Source: an uncultured virus (IMG/VR IMGVR_UViG_3300008113_007374) (Duplodnaviria > Heunggongvirae > Uroviricota > Caudoviricetes). Taken from it: a stretch of DNA of 60,372 nucleotides. How positions within the stretch are numbered: the stretch's first letter is position 1; every line of letters begins with the position of its first letter. The DNA is taken from the IMG/VR virus record IMGVR_UViG_3300008113_007374; one strand, written 5' to 3'. Below, piece by piece: positions 60,248-60,372 of this stretch. The notes below the pieces were generated by a model, which was given only the letters and a program-made list of their open reading frames with translations, searched no databases and was not told the origin of the DNA. A program made the translations under genes and the position numbers.

Positions 60248-60255
60248 TATAAATA
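60248..60255 (-). promoter_or_regulatory. TATTTATA putative late promoter motif
   Basis: GATATTTATAGTTATG, 3 nt before the ATG at 60244. Confidence 0.6.
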
Positions 60256-60260
60256 TCCAT

Positions 60261-60293
60261 AAAATAAAAAAGGTCAGATTTCTCTGACCTTTT
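60261..60293 (-). terminator. Rho-independent terminator (potentially bidirectional) after the capsid gene
   Basis: Perfect stem AAAAGGTCAGA-TTTC-TCTGACCTTTT with T runs on both strands. Confidence 0.8.
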
Positions 60294-60313
60294 CTTATTC
60301 TGTTTTTAATTGA

Positions 60314-60372
60314 TTATCTCAATTCTCTCAAGTCAAATGTTCTAACTCCATCAACTGTGATACGTCCGTAGA
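60314..60372 (-). CDS. C-terminal end of a probable major capsid protein (gp23-like), partial
   Basis: Reads ...YGRITVDGVRTFDLRELR*, like the (F/Y)(Y)xRxxV C-terminus of T4-type capsid proteins; followed by a strong terminator. Only 18 codons are visible. Confidence 0.55.
   Translation of the reverse strand, partial: YGRITVDGVRTFDLRELR

Noticed and set aside
1..60372. CRISPR array, tRNA, rRNA or other structured RNA gene
   Set aside because: Intergenic gaps are nearly all under 130 nt and AT-rich; no repeat-spacer pattern or cloverleaf seen. tRNAscan/Infernal were not run.
1..60372. Stop-codon reassignment as in some jumbo phages
   Set aside because: Code 11 gives near-complete coding density, and TAG and TGA terminate genes at sensible positions.

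Overview
AT-rich (about 30% GC), gene-dense segment of a large T4-like/jumbo myovirus genome in the standard genetic code, with no recognisable Shine-Dalgarno sites. Left arm (1-18.5 kb, minus strand): tail/baseplate module with a partial hub-like protein, a LysM/gp53-like protein, a 2039-aa repeat/OmpA-like baseplate protein, tape measure, chaperone, tube, a HAD enzyme, sheath, and terminator and neck proteins. Middle (18.5-30.6 kb): SNF2 helicase, a zincin-superoxide dismutase fusion, gp13-like neck protein, family B DNA polymerase, virion proteins and a standalone WYL protein. 30.7-52.4 kb: a ~22-kb glycan locus with about 8-10 glycosyltransferase-like ORFs (including a GT11-GT10 fusion and a Maf-like protein), a NeuA/NeuB ulosonate cassette, Gmd/ColD-like/Fcl GDP-sugar genes, dUTPase, an exonuclease and PhoH. 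Right end: gp55-like late sigma factor, gp5/gpV-like spike, virion proteins and the last codons of a probable major capsid gene. Best candidate undescribed systems: (1) phage-encoded virion O-glycosylation with a strongly repeated [S/T]-[G/A]-x-[T/S] motif in virion proteins; (2) late-expressed cargo proteins carrying (I/L/V)-x-E prohead-protease-like sites at domain boundaries; (3) a +1 frameshift at UUU_UUU_CGU in the tail chaperone; (4) a TATTTAT(A) late-promoter motif, the reverse complement of the T4 late promoter; (5) apparent GATC avoidance. All family assignments come from motif recognition by eye, not from database searches.
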